DNA from: Planctomycetota bacterium
GTDB taxonomy: Bacteria; Planctomycetota; GCA-002687715; DRQF01
Assembly: GCA_027001995.1 (NCBI GenBank)
Contig: JALTLO010000177.1
Coordinates: 754-64,753, forward strand
Length of the DNA: 64,000 nt
Direction of reading: 5' to 3'
The notes under the pieces are model-generated. The model was not told the DNA's origin, made no database searches, and saw nothing but the letters and a program-made list of their open reading frames with translations. Both the position numbers and the translations under genes were made by a program. Positions 48,133 through 58,468 of the stretch are shown in pieces (positions within the stretch are counted from its first letter, which is position 1; each line of letters starts with the position of its first letter).

Positions 48133-49908
48133 TCAAGCCTGAGCCGAGGACTCAATCTCCGTGTTAAGCCTCTGGATTGTGGCGACGATCTCTTTCAATT
48201 CCAGTTCTTCTTCTCTCATACGGCCAAGGGCTGTGGATTCAGCTTTGGTCAATTGGGTTGTGAGCTGGTCAAGGAATGAGTCTTTCCATTCGCTGGAATT
48301 CAGAAATCGGCGACACCGGGATACGACTTTCTTGTAGGCGGCGGCTCTCAACAAGGCGATGTAAATAACATAAATCATGAGCACGAATGCTGCGGAAACC
48401 ATGAGGTGAACAGCGCCGGACATGCGGACCAAACGGAACGCAAGCCTGCCTGACAAGGTACTCAGCCCCCTGGTGGGTCTCAGGATCTCTTCTGCCAGAG
48501 GCTGCACCAAGGGAAACCAAAGCAAAGGGGCCCATACCAACATGCGGCGCTTCCATCGTGAAAGGGTGCTGGTCTTTTTGCTCGTGCCTTGTAGGGCCCC
48601 CAAACCTTCTTGAATACGGAGAACACATTCGTTCTCAACCTCGACTAAGCGACTTTCAATGGCAAGCTGGTCTTGCTCTCGGTTTCGGTTTAGAAGAGGA
48701 GTGGGAGCCCGGCTGGCCAAGCGCCGCCTTTCTTTCTCCATGGCGAGCATGCCCTGAAGGAGTCGTGGGAAAGGGCGATTCTTGATCTTTGATTCTTGAT
48801 CCTGGGGCAGGAGGAGTTTCGCGCTGTTGAGAATTCGGCCTACTTGTTTCAAAGGCGATGCCAAAAGTTGTAAATGGGGTAGAAGCGGCCATTTTTGAAT
48901 CGTCTCGGCGAACAATTCAGCACCGATTTTCTGTGGTGCGCTGCTTGACTGCAGACGGTTCAACATTTCGTCGTGGATAGGAGGCTCTTCGGTCAGGCAC
49001 TTCAATTTCTCACGGACCAAGTCTATTTCAGTTGACAGTTCTTCTTGTCGCTTTTCAAAGTTAATGCTCTTGTTGATGTGCTCAACACGACGTTGAAGAG
49101 AGCTCAAACGATCAGATGACTTGATGTTTCGGATTTCTTGCAGACTGCGTTCCTTGGCGATGTAATCAAAGAACTCAGCGAATTGGTTTCCAGGAATCTG
49201 GGCATGGGGATTCTTCGCCGAGCAGGTGAAGAATTGAGCTGCATTGACATTCGTTTCGGCCTTTGAAAGCGTCTTCTCGACGGCATGTCTGAAATTCTGG
49301 AGAAGTTTTTCTGCTCCCAAATGCGGATCGTCTTCGCGTACACGGTCAATCTTGTTGAGTAGAAAGACTGCGTTATTGAGGTTTCTCGTTGCTCCATGCC
49401 GGGCCAGCCATTCGTGAAAAATACGGTCATTGTATTTTAGATCGGAAGTCACCCATACAATGAGATCGAGTCCTTGTAAGGCCCGATGCACCACTGCGGC
49501 GTGCTCCGGCTTGGATCCATCCATGTCAGGAAGATCAAAAATGATGATGGATTTGAGCTGCTGGACCTCATGCAGTCCTTTGAATTCATCTAAGTCATTC
49601 TTGACAAAATTGAACTTTGGCAAGAGTGCTGCGTGGTCCTGGTGAAGGTAAGGAATGACTCGTGAAGTCGTTGGGCGACGAACGGATGTTTTCGAGATGT
49701 GCTTGCCTGCCAGGGCATTGACGATTGTGCTTTTGCCCACGCCGGTGCCCCCGACCAAGCCAAGGGTGAGAATGTCTTCTGGGATTCCATCTCTGTTTCT
49801 AAAAGGCAAATCCAAAGGACTAAATGCAAGGGTTGACTGGCCCTTCAAACTGGATTCTAAGGAGTCCAGCCTTTCTTCGCAGGCCAGGAGATCTTGGTAG
49901 GTGCTCAT
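48133..49908 (-). CDS. Dynamin-like/YfjP-like P-loop GTPase with C-terminal TM segments
   Basis: G1 GGTGVGKS, G2 RRPTT, G3 DLPD, KYND and G4 NKID. ATGA overlap with the upstream GTPase. Confidence 0.82.
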   Translation of the reverse strand: MSTYQDLLACEERLDSLESSLKGQSTLAFSPLDLPFRNRDGIPEDILTLGLVGGTGVGKSTIVNALAGKHISKTSVRRPTTSRVIPYLHQDHAALLPKFNFVKNDLDEFKGLHEVQQLKSIIIFDLPDMDGSKPEHAAVVHRALQGLDLIVWVTSDLKYNDRIFHEWLARHGATRNLNNAVFLLNKIDRVREDDPHLGAEKLLQNFRHAVEKTLSKAETNVNAAQFFTCSAKNPHAQIPGNQFAEFFDYIAKERSLQEIRNIKSSDRLSSLQRRVEHINKSINFEKRQEELSTEIDLVREKLKCLTEEPPIHDEMLNRLQSSSAPQKIGAELFAETIQKWPLLPHLQLLASPLKQVGRILNSAKLLLPQDQESKIKNRPFPRLLQGMLAMEKERRRLASRAPTPLLNRNREQDQLAIESRLVEVENECVLRIQEGLGALQGTSKKTSTLSRWKRRMLVWAPLLWFPLVQPLAEEILRPTRGLSTLSGRLAFRLVRMSGAVHLMVSAAFVLMIYVIYIALLRAAAYKKVVSRCRRFLNSSEWKDSFLDQLTTQLTKAESTALGRMREEELELKEIVATIQRLNTEIESSAQA

Positions 49909-51572
49909 GAATTCGATCTTCCTGCGCCGGGTTTGAAAGCAGTTCCTATCTCGTTGAGGGCTTGCGTGGTTGCCCTTGAAGTCCCCATGGCGTTGAGCTC
50001 GTTTTCATAGCGTTGGTTTTGCCATGCGATGGTCTCGTCCATGATCTCGCGGAATTCTTCCTTTGCACGACGGTATTCTTGGGTCATTGCATTGGTGAAA
50101 CTGGGAAGTCCGATGACGCGAAGTAACTCCCATACTATGGCGGGAACGACGGCGAGGGTGAGGCCAAGTGTGAGCAAGTGAAGGACCTTATCAACAGCCC
50201 AAAGGCGTAGTGTTCCTATAGGGCCAGATTGGTGTGCGGTTTTTTCGAGACGGGCGGTTTCCAGGCATTTCTTGCCAAACTCATTGAGATGAGTTGCGAG
50301 CTTTTGGAATCTCTGAAAGACCTCTTTCTGACTCAACTCTATTTCATTGGGCCCTGCCAAGTTGGCCAATAGCAAACGTCCCACCTCATGTCTTTGCATG
50401 GTTTCTCTGGCCCGGATCTGGGAACTTTCAAATAGATCCCATGCTTGGTTCTTGACTGTCTTGTCCAAAGCGCAATTCTCTGGCGGATCTAATATGGGTT
50501 CTTTGCGGGGGGTGAGAATGCTACGGGGTTGAGTGACGATCGTGCGAATCCCTTTGATGACGCTGCGAGGTGAGTAGCGTAGCCAAAATTTCCTGACCTC
50601 TTCGTTGTATTCCAGGTTTCTGAGGGCCTGGTCAGTTTCGAGTTCCATGGCCGAAGGGATTGTTCTTGAGAGATCTTCTCGCAAACGATCTATAGAAGAT
50701 GCCCATGCGTTGACTGCTGGTAGAATATCGTGGTGAAGACCAAAAACGATGGGGTCGAGATTCTCTCGGTTTCGCAGTTTCGTAAGCTTAATTTTGTCTC
50801 TTATGGTCTGGATGTCGTCCAGGTCTGCGAGAGAGCCGGTGTCGTTCTCATCGATGTAGAAAGTGACAAGTGGTTTTATCTCCAAAGTTGCGATCTCAGA
50901 CTCAAAAGACTCTTGGAGGCTTTCGTCGTTGGTGGGAATGCGATTGAGGACAGCGATGACTGGCACGGCGAGATCGCCATAGTTCTTAAATTCGTCGACG
51001 GTGCTTTGGTCCGCATATTTCTCAGTGCTGGTGACAAACAAGATGACATCTGCCCAAGGTACGATGCGTCTTGTTACTTCTTGATTCCGGTGTGCGACTG
51101 TGTCGAAATCTGGGCAATCGACGAGGACCACGGGTGACTCCGTGATTCCAGGAAGGAAACGGACGGCACCAGTATCTCCGGCGGTCTTGGTGGTTTCTTG
51201 ACCTGCACGGGGCAGGGTGGGAAAGAGTGCAGTTTCTTGATTGAAATGTATTCTTGCTGGGAGAGCACAAATGGCGCCCTTTGTGGCCGGTCGTTCGATG
51301 CTGGAGGTGTGAGAAATGGCATTTCCGACGATGGCATTGAAAAGGGTGGATTTGCCACTGCCTGAAGGTCCAACAAGGACAGCAATGATCGTATTGTCGT
51401 CATTGATTTTGCGATGGATCAGAAACAAGGCAGCGTGAACCCGTTCTTTGAGTTGGGCTAACTGACTGGCTAATCCCGGGGCGCGGGGAACACGCACTTG
51501 CTCTAGAAGAGCCAGGAGCTGCTCCAGAAACTCCTCTGGATCCTCATGGTAGTTTTTTTGGGTTTCTGTCAT
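49905..51572 (-). CDS. Dynamin-like P-loop GTPase with a C-terminal hydrophobic segment
   Basis: G1 GPSGSGKS, G2 ERPAT, G3 DCPDFD, EKYAD and G4 LNRI. ATG 51572 overlaps the upstream TGA. Confidence 0.82.
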   Translation of the reverse strand: MTETQKNYHEDPEEFLEQLLALLEQVRVPRAPGLASQLAQLKERVHAALFLIHRKINDDNTIIAVLVGPSGSGKSTLFNAIVGNAISHTSSIERPATKGAICALPARIHFNQETALFPTLPRAGQETTKTAGDTGAVRFLPGITESPVVLVDCPDFDTVAHRNQEVTRRIVPWADVILFVTSTEKYADQSTVDEFKNYGDLAVPVIAVLNRIPTNDESLQESFESEIATLEIKPLVTFYIDENDTGSLADLDDIQTIRDKIKLTKLRNRENLDPIVFGLHHDILPAVNAWASSIDRLREDLSRTIPSAMELETDQALRNLEYNEEVRKFWLRYSPRSVIKGIRTIVTQPRSILTPRKEPILDPPENCALDKTVKNQAWDLFESSQIRARETMQRHEVGRLLLANLAGPNEIELSQKEVFQRFQKLATHLNEFGKKCLETARLEKTAHQSGPIGTLRLWAVDKVLHLLTLGLTLAVVPAIVWELLRVIGLPSFTNAMTQEYRRAKEEFREIMDETIAWQNQRYENELNAMGTSRATTQALNEIGTAFKPGAGRSNS

Positions 51573-52225
51573 TCCATGAGCCAACGATATGATCTTTGGG
51601 TACCTTGGGGCTTCTTTGCAAAGGGATAACTATGTCCTTCTTCTGGTAATGCCAGATGGGCAGGGGGAGGTTTCTCTATTCCTGAGTAGTGTGTCTTTGT
51701 ACTCGACTCATTGTTCCAAGCTCGGAGGGAACCTCGATAGTCCATGACAAAAACACGTCTTCCTGAAGAACCGTAGCTCCGGGGCCAGGCGTATCCAATC
51801 CAGAAATCTGGATTGACGTCAGAGTCCTTGATTTGGCCTTCTTGGATGGGGAATCCCAGCTTGTCAACCAAGTAGACGGCGAAGCAGTAGTTCGAGTTGG
51901 CAAAGACGTGGCCTTTGTGATCGGATGTCTCCAAGAAGAGGCGCAATTCATTTCCGATGTCGGCATAGCGCGAACGGTTGTCTCCCAAGCCCATGAGCTC
52001 ATCGAATGTTCCAAATCGTGACAGTCCAGTTCGTTTCGTTTCTTCGCGGAATTCATCTTGTGCGCTGGCAATGGCCCGTAGAATCTCGCATGCCTTAGAT
52101 TCGTTTATTATGAGTTCATCGCTCGATCGCCAAGCACGCCAAAAGAAGGAAATGCCACAACCAAGAACAACAATGGCAAGTAGTTCCAGGTAAATGTGTC
52201 CTGCGTTTCTTTGATCGTGCTTCAT
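51569..52225 (-). CDS. Prepilin-like / DUF2950-like protein
   Basis: Short basic leader, then G|HIYLE and a hydrophobic helix. NESKACEILRAIASAQDEF and AWPRSYGSSGRRVFVMD. Confidence 0.6.
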   Translation of the reverse strand: MKHDQRNAGHIYLELLAIVVLGCGISFFWRAWRSSDELIINESKACEILRAIASAQDEFREETKRTGLSRFGTFDELMGLGDNRSRYADIGNELRLFLETSDHKGHVFANSNYCFAVYLVDKLGFPIQEGQIKDSDVNPDFWIGYAWPRSYGSSGRRVFVMDYRGSLRAWNNESSTKTHYSGIEKPPPAHLALPEEGHSYPFAKKPQGTQRSYRWLME

Positions 52226-52436
52226 GGGAAAAGCGTAACTCAGTTGTCCTTTGATTTGACGTTGCGAATAAGCCCCGCGAGGCTTACTCGGTCGACGAAT
52301 GGATATTTCGGAATCGACTGATAGATTTTCGCATGAGATGGTCAGGGGTCAACCCCAACAGGGACCCAAATTATTCTGTTTGGGGAAAGGACGACCCTTC
52401 CTTTTCAATCCATGGCCCTCAAGCTATCCTTAGCCT

Positions 52437-53696
52437 ATGAATGAGAATTTCGAGCAAGCCAGAAGAATTGTCCAAGAATTGAAGGCAGGAGGCCACGAAG
52501 CTTTTTTTGCCGGGGGTTGCGTCCGTGATTACCTCTTAGGAGTCGATCCGAAAGACTATGATATTGCCACGTCCGCCAAGCCAGATCAGGTAGAAGGGCT
52601 GTTTTCCAATACCATTGGCGTTGGCAAGCAATTTGGCGTGATTATTGTCTGTCGAAAGGGCCGCAGTTTCGATGTCGCCACATTTCGAGCTGATGGCAAC
52701 TATGGCGATGGAAGACGGCCAGATCAGATCTCCTTTTCAAGCGCCAAGGAAGATGTGCTTCGCCGGGATTTGACCATCAACGGGCTCTTGATGGATCCGG
52801 AATCGATGGAAGTGGTCGACTATGTCGGCGGCAAGGACGATCTTGAGGCAGGGATTATTCGCACCATCGGTGATCCTCTGCTCCGATTTGGGGAAGATCA
52901 CTTGCGAATTTTGCGGGCTCTCAGATTCGCTTGTCGTTTCGGATTTCAGATCGAGTCGGAGACGAAGGGGGCGATCCAGCGCTTGGCAGATAAGGCAGCC
53001 AACCCCAGCGCTGAAAGAACGTTTGCTGAGTTAGACCGCATGTTGACGGAGAGGGCGCCTCATCATGCCTTGGAGTTAATGGATAGCTTGGGAGTCTTGC
53101 CTGTTGTCTTGCCCGAAGTTGCCAAAATCTGGGGCGAGGTTCTTGAAGATCGTCTCAATCCGAAACCGAACACCGCCTTGACTTATCGGGATCGGACGAA
53201 GTTGATCTTCGCTCGTTTAGGCGGATCGATTTCGTCTGCTTTGGCCTGGTCCATTTTACTTGGGGATTTGGGATTTACTTCACCAGTGGTAAGGGGAAAA
53301 CGGGCGGCTCAAGTTCTCAAAGGCTTGCGGGCAGCGAATGGCCTGATCAAAAAATGTCAGTTTCTTGTGACCCACAGAGATCGGTTGCTTTTTGCCTGCC
53401 GTATTTCTCAAGGGAGGCAACGTTTGCTCCTGGCACATCCTGATTTGGAGTTGATTCACGCATTCACCTCTTGCCAGTGTGGCGCTTCCAATCCCGCTGC
53501 TGTCATGGAAAGGAACTTTCCCCAAGATGGCGTGCCTCTACCTTGCCCTCACTTGAATGGTAAAGACTTGATGGCTTTGGGTGTTCCTAAAGGACGTATC
53601 ATGGGCCGGGTGCTTAAGAAGTTGCGTTTTCTTCAACTCCAAGGCCGAATCCTGGATCGGGAGCAAGCGATCACTTGGGTCCGTGGCACTTTCTAA
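52437..53696 (+). CDS. cca: CCA tRNA nucleotidyltransferase (class II, no HD domain)
   Basis: GGCVRD, KDYDIAT, VATFR.DG.Y.DGRRP, EDVLRRDLTIN and EDHLRILRALRF. Confidence 0.88.
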   Translation: MNENFEQARRIVQELKAGGHEAFFAGGCVRDYLLGVDPKDYDIATSAKPDQVEGLFSNTIGVGKQFGVIIVCRKGRSFDVATFRADGNYGDGRRPDQISFSSAKEDVLRRDLTINGLLMDPESMEVVDYVGGKDDLEAGIIRTIGDPLLRFGEDHLRILRALRFACRFGFQIESETKGAIQRLADKAANPSAERTFAELDRMLTERAPHHALELMDSLGVLPVVLPEVAKIWGEVLEDRLNPKPNTALTYRDRTKLIFARLGGSISSALAWSILLGDLGFTSPVVRGKRAAQVLKGLRAANGLIKKCQFLVTHRDRLLFACRISQGRQRLLLAHPDLELIHAFTSCQCGASNPAAVMERNFPQDGVPLPCPHLNGKDLMALGVPKGRIMGRVLKKLRFLQLQGRILDREQAITWVRGTF

Positions 53697-53869
53697 TTTC
53701 AGCATTTTTTCCGCAGCAGTGACGGACGCAAGTGCACTCTTCGGACACAGTTGCACCTGCTTCGATTTCTTATGCAGTCACTGAAGGAATGATTCATTCA
53801 AGTTGTTTAGCCATGTGGCCGATTTGGGGGATGCGGTGATCATGTCCCACGCGTTTTTCTTGGGGTTAG

Positions 53870-54325
53870 ATGACTGAGATGACTTTTGCCAAAATGTCAC
53901 ACGATAACGATCCAATTGATGCATTCGAGCGGAAACGCCGGATGCAAGAAGGTGATGCGCCTTCGCTTGAACCGATGGATGCCTCGGGTATTGACGACAT
54001 GCTCGATGCTCTCGACCGCGTCTTGTCTGCGGAAGAAACGCAGGTCAACGTCGATGCAACAGAACCCGCGCCCATCGTTGAAACGGTTGTCGCCATTTTG
54101 CACGACCTCCAAGACAACTGCGAACGCCTTTCGGTGGCTGCTGCCCGGGAAGGTGATGTTCTGAGCCAAGATTTCTTGACCGTTATTCAGCCTCGATTGC
54201 AATTCTTGATCAAACGAGCAGAAGATATGCCTTTGCCTGCTGCGGGGGCCATCGAAGTTGAGCTAGACTACGAGGCACTTCATGCCTTCATGCTTGACCC
54301 GGACATCGATCGCTTGGCATCTTAG
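53870..54325 (+). CDS. Acidic hypothetical protein
   Basis: Protein-like helical ORF filling the cca-ubiA gap. Alternative start at 53894. Confidence 0.6.
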   Translation: MTEMTFAKMSHDNDPIDAFERKRRMQEGDAPSLEPMDASGIDDMLDALDRVLSAEETQVNVDATEPAPIVETVVAILHDLQDNCERLSVAAAREGDVLSQDFLTVIQPRLQFLIKRAEDMPLPAAGAIEVELDYEALHAFMLDPDIDRLAS

Positions 54326-54357
54326 GCCGACTCCAACTCAGTCACGACATTGGCGCT

Positions 54358-55242
54358 CTATGAGGTCTTTTGGGACAAAGCCCAGGCGGACAAACGGAGC
54401 AGAGCGTAGCAGCCAAGAGAGAGCCCTGCTAGTTGGTTTTGTCCCCAGGCGAAAGCCCAGACCGCGTCATAAAGTGGAAGTGCGAAAATAACATTGCGCA
54501 CGATAAGCCCTGCCGCTGGGTTTGGTTTATGACATGGCCAAAGGATGAACACAGTCAAGCACAATGAGAGAATCCCTGTCGTCAGGAAGTCTGTTCCGCG
54601 AGCCAAAAGGGGAGTGAGCAAAGTCAGGGCCAAAATGACGATGAGAGGTCGGATTGATGTATCCTCTTCCTCGTCGGATTCAAAATTTGAGATGGCCGTG
54701 ATGGTGGTGATCAGCAAGAGATAGGACAGTGGCACCAACAGCGCTGACCACCTGAAGACGGACTCCCACTCCTTTCCCAAGGTCGATCCCAAGACTGTGC
54801 CAATGAGGACACAGGTGAAACGGCACATGCCCATGGCGCCACTGGCCGCCACAGGCCAAGGTTTTAAGGCAGCATCATAGAGCACGACAAGCATACATAG
54901 GACTATGCCCACAAGGATAAGCGACGGGGCCGCCAGGCCCAGGGAAACCAGGCCTCCTATCAGGAAGAAGGTGGCGACAAGCTGAGCGGTTCTGACCGTA
55001 ACGCGGCCTTGGGGTAGAACTCTATCTGGATGCTCTATTTGGTCCTTCTCGACGTCGACAATGTCATTCAGGCACATGCCAAAAGCATAGAGGAGCATGG
55101 CCCCTAAACTAGCCAGTAGGAGGCGGCCATCTATCTTGAGGGTTGGATCCCATGACTTAGCCACAGCGAAACCCAAGATGACGTTGGACGCCGCCGTGAA
55201 GCTGTTTGGCAGACGCATCATCTGCAGAATGGCTATGAGCAT
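54358..55242 (-). CDS. UbiA family prenyltransferase (EboC-like)
   Basis: RLPNSFTA, NDIVDVEKD...PDRVLPQG Asp-rich motif, LYDAALK and MGMCR; multiple TMs. Confidence 0.85.
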   Translation of the reverse strand: MLIAILQMMRLPNSFTAASNVILGFAVAKSWDPTLKIDGRLLLASLGAMLLYAFGMCLNDIVDVEKDQIEHPDRVLPQGRVTVRTAQLVATFFLIGGLVSLGLAAPSLILVGIVLCMLVVLYDAALKPWPVAASGAMGMCRFTCVLIGTVLGSTLGKEWESVFRWSALLVPLSYLLLITTITAISNFESDEEEDTSIRPLIVILALTLLTPLLARGTDFLTTGILSLCLTVFILWPCHKPNPAAGLIVRNVIFALPLYDAVWAFAWGQNQLAGLSLGCYALLRLSAWALSQKTS

Positions 55243-55245
55243 CGA

Positions 55246-57069
55246 CTAATTCTTAAAGAAGAACCGAACGATATCTTGGTAAGTCACAAAGACCATCAGG
55301 CCCAGAATGAAAACTAATCCAAGCACGTTGGCGTAGCCCATAATGCGTTCGCTGAGTGGTCCCCCTTTGATCTTCTCCATGGCCAAGAACATCAAGTGTC
55401 CTCCATCTAAGACCGGGATGGGCAAGATGTTGAGGATAGCTAAGTTGAGGCTCAGTATGGCCATGAAGAACAGGATCTTTCCTAAGCCTTGCTCAACGAA
55501 GGTATAACTCACCACGGCAATAGTAATGATGCCGCCCATGTTCTTAGCCGCGACTTTGCCCGCTATCAGGGATTTCAACGTCATGAGGATAGATTTAAAT
55601 TGACTGATTGCTTGGCTGAAACCGGCGGTCATGCTTTGGGGGAATGACAATTGGACCCGTTCTTGAAGGGGCCGGAGTTTGAGCTTCTTCAGTAGGGTGT
55701 TCACCATGGATGGGGCTGCTTTGATGGGGAAGGTTAATTCTTCGCCACCACGATTAACGATGATGGTTTCGCTTTTGCCTTTTGCAGCCTCTTTGAGCTC
55801 GGTGAATTGCTTCCAGCCGTCCATGCCTTTCTTAAGCTTCTTACCGGCGTAAGAAATCAATATGTCGCCATTCTTGAGGCCTGATATGTCGGCTTGGCTT
55901 CCTGGGAAGACGCTGACCTGAATGCCGTCGTTGAATTCTAATTGGAATGAGCTCAGGAATGATGCGGGGTCCCCGTCCCATTTGTCCGTTTGCAAGAGCA
56001 TCTCATCGCCATCACGTTGGATAAGGACGGACAGATTTTTTTGCCCAGACATGGCGAAGATGCGCTTCTGGATGCCGTTGAGGTCGCTGATATCTTCCCC
56101 GGCAATCTTCAGAATGACGTCGTTCTTCATCAAGCCGAGGGCCTGGGCGGCGCTGGGGCTGTTGTCTTTTGTTGGGCGCAAATCTGCTACCCGCGTGCGC
56201 AAGGTGCCAACGCCAATGCTCAAGGTGTCATCGTTGATTTTTTCGAATGTTGCAGGGACGGAAACGACCTTCGTTGTCTCGCTTCCAGGCTCACGGACAG
56301 TCAGAGACATGAGCTCGCCTTCACGAAAGGCTCCTGGCCCCATGGATAAACCGGCGGTCACGGGAACACCTTGGACAGCCACCAACTCCATTCCAGGTTC
56401 GATACCAGGGGGTAACTCTTCAGCCTTATCATCGAAGAAATACGTCTTGCTGCCGTACATGCCAATGAGATGGAGACCCTGGTTTTCGTCATACCTGGGT
56501 TCGACGGTCTTCGTGATTTCCTTGCCGTTTCGGATCAGAGTGAACGTCTTCTCGTCGTCGCTAAAGGCTACGGACGTGCGAATATCGGTAAAAGATATGA
56601 CATCGGAGTCATCGATCTTTGCTACCCGATCTCCAGGTAAGATGCCCGCCTCCCAAGCGGCACTTCCAGGTGCTACAGACCCGACCACGGGTGCCTCAAA
56701 TGGGACCCCGATGGTGAATGCCAGGGGAAATGCAATGATGGCAAAGAAGATATTCATGATGACCCCGGCCGAAACGACCCAGGCTCTTTGACTAATGGTC
56801 TTGCCGAAGAACTCTTCGCCAGTGCTTTCGTCCCCTTCTTCTTTGAACTCTCCCGCCATCTTCACGTAGCCGCCCAAAGGGATGAGGCTGAGCTTGTAGG
56901 TGGTGTCGCCCCGCGTGAAGCCCCAGATTGTTGGTCCAAAACCCAAAGAGAATGCTTCGACGCGAATGCCGACTTTCTTGGCCACCAAGAAATGGCCAAG
57001 TTCGTGAACGAAGATGAGGATGCCAATCGCTAAGACGACAACGCCTCCCTGTACAATGCTTAGTAGCAA
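55246..57069 (-). CDS. rseP: RIP metalloprotease RseP (M50) with several PDZ domains
   Basis: HELGH, FSLGFGP, IPLGGYVKM, AGVIMN and NILPIPVLDGG. Confidence 0.95.
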   Translation of the reverse strand: MLLSIVQGGVVVLAIGILIFVHELGHFLVAKKVGIRVEAFSLGFGPTIWGFTRGDTTYKLSLIPLGGYVKMAGEFKEEGDESTGEEFFGKTISQRAWVVSAGVIMNIFFAIIAFPLAFTIGVPFEAPVVGSVAPGSAAWEAGILPGDRVAKIDDSDVISFTDIRTSVAFSDDEKTFTLIRNGKEITKTVEPRYDENQGLHLIGMYGSKTYFFDDKAEELPPGIEPGMELVAVQGVPVTAGLSMGPGAFREGELMSLTVREPGSETTKVVSVPATFEKINDDTLSIGVGTLRTRVADLRPTKDNSPSAAQALGLMKNDVILKIAGEDISDLNGIQKRIFAMSGQKNLSVLIQRDGDEMLLQTDKWDGDPASFLSSFQLEFNDGIQVSVFPGSQADISGLKNGDILISYAGKKLKKGMDGWKQFTELKEAAKGKSETIIVNRGGEELTFPIKAAPSMVNTLLKKLKLRPLQERVQLSFPQSMTAGFSQAISQFKSILMTLKSLIAGKVAAKNMGGIITIAVVSYTFVEQGLGKILFFMAILSLNLAILNILPIPVLDGGHLMFLAMEKIKGGPLSERIMGYANVLGLVFILGLMVFVTYQDIVRFFFKN

Positions 57070-58211
57070 CGCGCAATCTCCTGTCTAGCCCAAGCATCGG
57101 CCTCGAGAATTTCTTCGAGGTTTGGTTCTTGCTTAGGTGTGTGTCTTTCCATCACTTGGGCGACGGAATCAAAAATTTGTTGGAAACCGATTTTGCCCGC
57201 CATGAAACCAGCGACGGCTTCTTCGTTAGCGGCGTTCAGGACTGAGCCATAGGTGCCGCCTTGTTCGGCAGCAAAGAAACCTAAGGAAAGGGAAGTGAAC
57301 TTCTCTAAATCGGGGGTATAGAAATTCAGGTTGTTGAACAATTCTGGGGAATAAGTTTCGACAGTGCCCGTCAATCGGTCTGGATAGGTCATGGCATACT
57401 GAATCGGTATTTTCATGCTCGGTGCTCCCATTTGGGAGATGACAGATCCGTCTTTCCAAAGCACCATGGAATGCACGATGGACTGGGGATGAACAACCAC
57501 ATCGATTTGTTCTCTTGGAACATCAAACAGCCAACGGGCCTCAATGATCTCCAATGCTTTGTTGAACATGGTTGCCGAATCGATGGTGATTTTTGGCCCC
57601 ATGGTCCAGGTGGGGTGTTTGAGGGCCCGCTCCAAAGTAACGTGAGCGAAGTCTTCTTTGGGTAGTTGACGAAAAGGACCCCCGGAGGCCGTTAGGATCA
57701 GCTTGCCAACGTCCTTGGCTTGACCACTTAAGAGGCATTGGAACAGGGCGCTGTGCTCGCTGTCCACGGGGATGATCTCTGTTTGTTTCTTTTTGGCCAT
57801 GGCGTTGAGCAAAGGGCCAGCCATGACCATGGATTCTTTGTTGGCCAAGCCCAAACGGTGTCCTGCACTAAGTGCGCCCAGACTCACAGGAAGTCCTTGG
57901 GCCCCGGTGATACCGGAGATGACAATACCGATGTCTGGGCGACTGGCGGCTTCTTGCAATCCTTCAGGCCCCGCCAGGATCTCGAACTCGTTCTGATTTG
58001 CTCCCAAGGCCTCTTTGAGTCCCGTTTCCGATTCGAGGCGGCCAACCACCAAGATTTGCGGGCGGAACTCCAGGGCTTGTTTTGCCAGCTCTTCAACGCT
58101 GGTGCCCGCTGCCAAGATCGTGATCTGGAAGAGTCCTTGGTGAGAGCGGACAATGTCCAATGTACTCTGGCCGATTGAGCCAGTTGATCCGAATACAGCG
58201 ATCTTCTTCAT
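57060..58211 (-). CDS. dxr: 1-deoxy-D-xylulose-5-phosphate reductoisomerase
   Basis: GSTGSIG, LANKES, PVDSEHSA, TASGGPF, HPTWTMGPKITIDSAT and NAANE. Start moved to ATG 58211. Confidence 0.98.
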   Translation of the reverse strand: MKKIAVFGSTGSIGQSTLDIVRSHQGLFQITILAAGTSVEELAKQALEFRPQILVVGRLESETGLKEALGANQNEFEILAGPEGLQEAASRPDIGIVISGITGAQGLPVSLGALSAGHRLGLANKESMVMAGPLLNAMAKKKQTEIIPVDSEHSALFQCLLSGQAKDVGKLILTASGGPFRQLPKEDFAHVTLERALKHPTWTMGPKITIDSATMFNKALEIIEARWLFDVPREQIDVVVHPQSIVHSMVLWKDGSVISQMGAPSMKIPIQYAMTYPDRLTGTVETYSPELFNNLNFYTPDLEKFTSLSLGFFAAEQGGTYGSVLNAANEEAVAGFMAGKIGFQQIFDSVAQVMERHTPKQEPNLEEILEADAWARQEIARCY

Positions 58212-58468
58212 GGACCCTTGACCGATTCTGGGTGATAGAGGATAAAGTCTTTGCAGCCCTCGATTTAGAGCCTGCCATAAGCCCAAGTATAGCACTGTGA
58301 GAAACGAAGACAACGGGATGCTCCGGGCATGGCACAGGGATTGCGAATCATGGGGCAAGAACTCTCTGGCCTCAGGTCCGGGGAATCTCGTATTTAACGG
58401 CTTCCTTACCTTTGAGACCATGGAGGATGGGAGCGAAGGAATGTCTTTCACAAGGTGGATCTTGCGCA

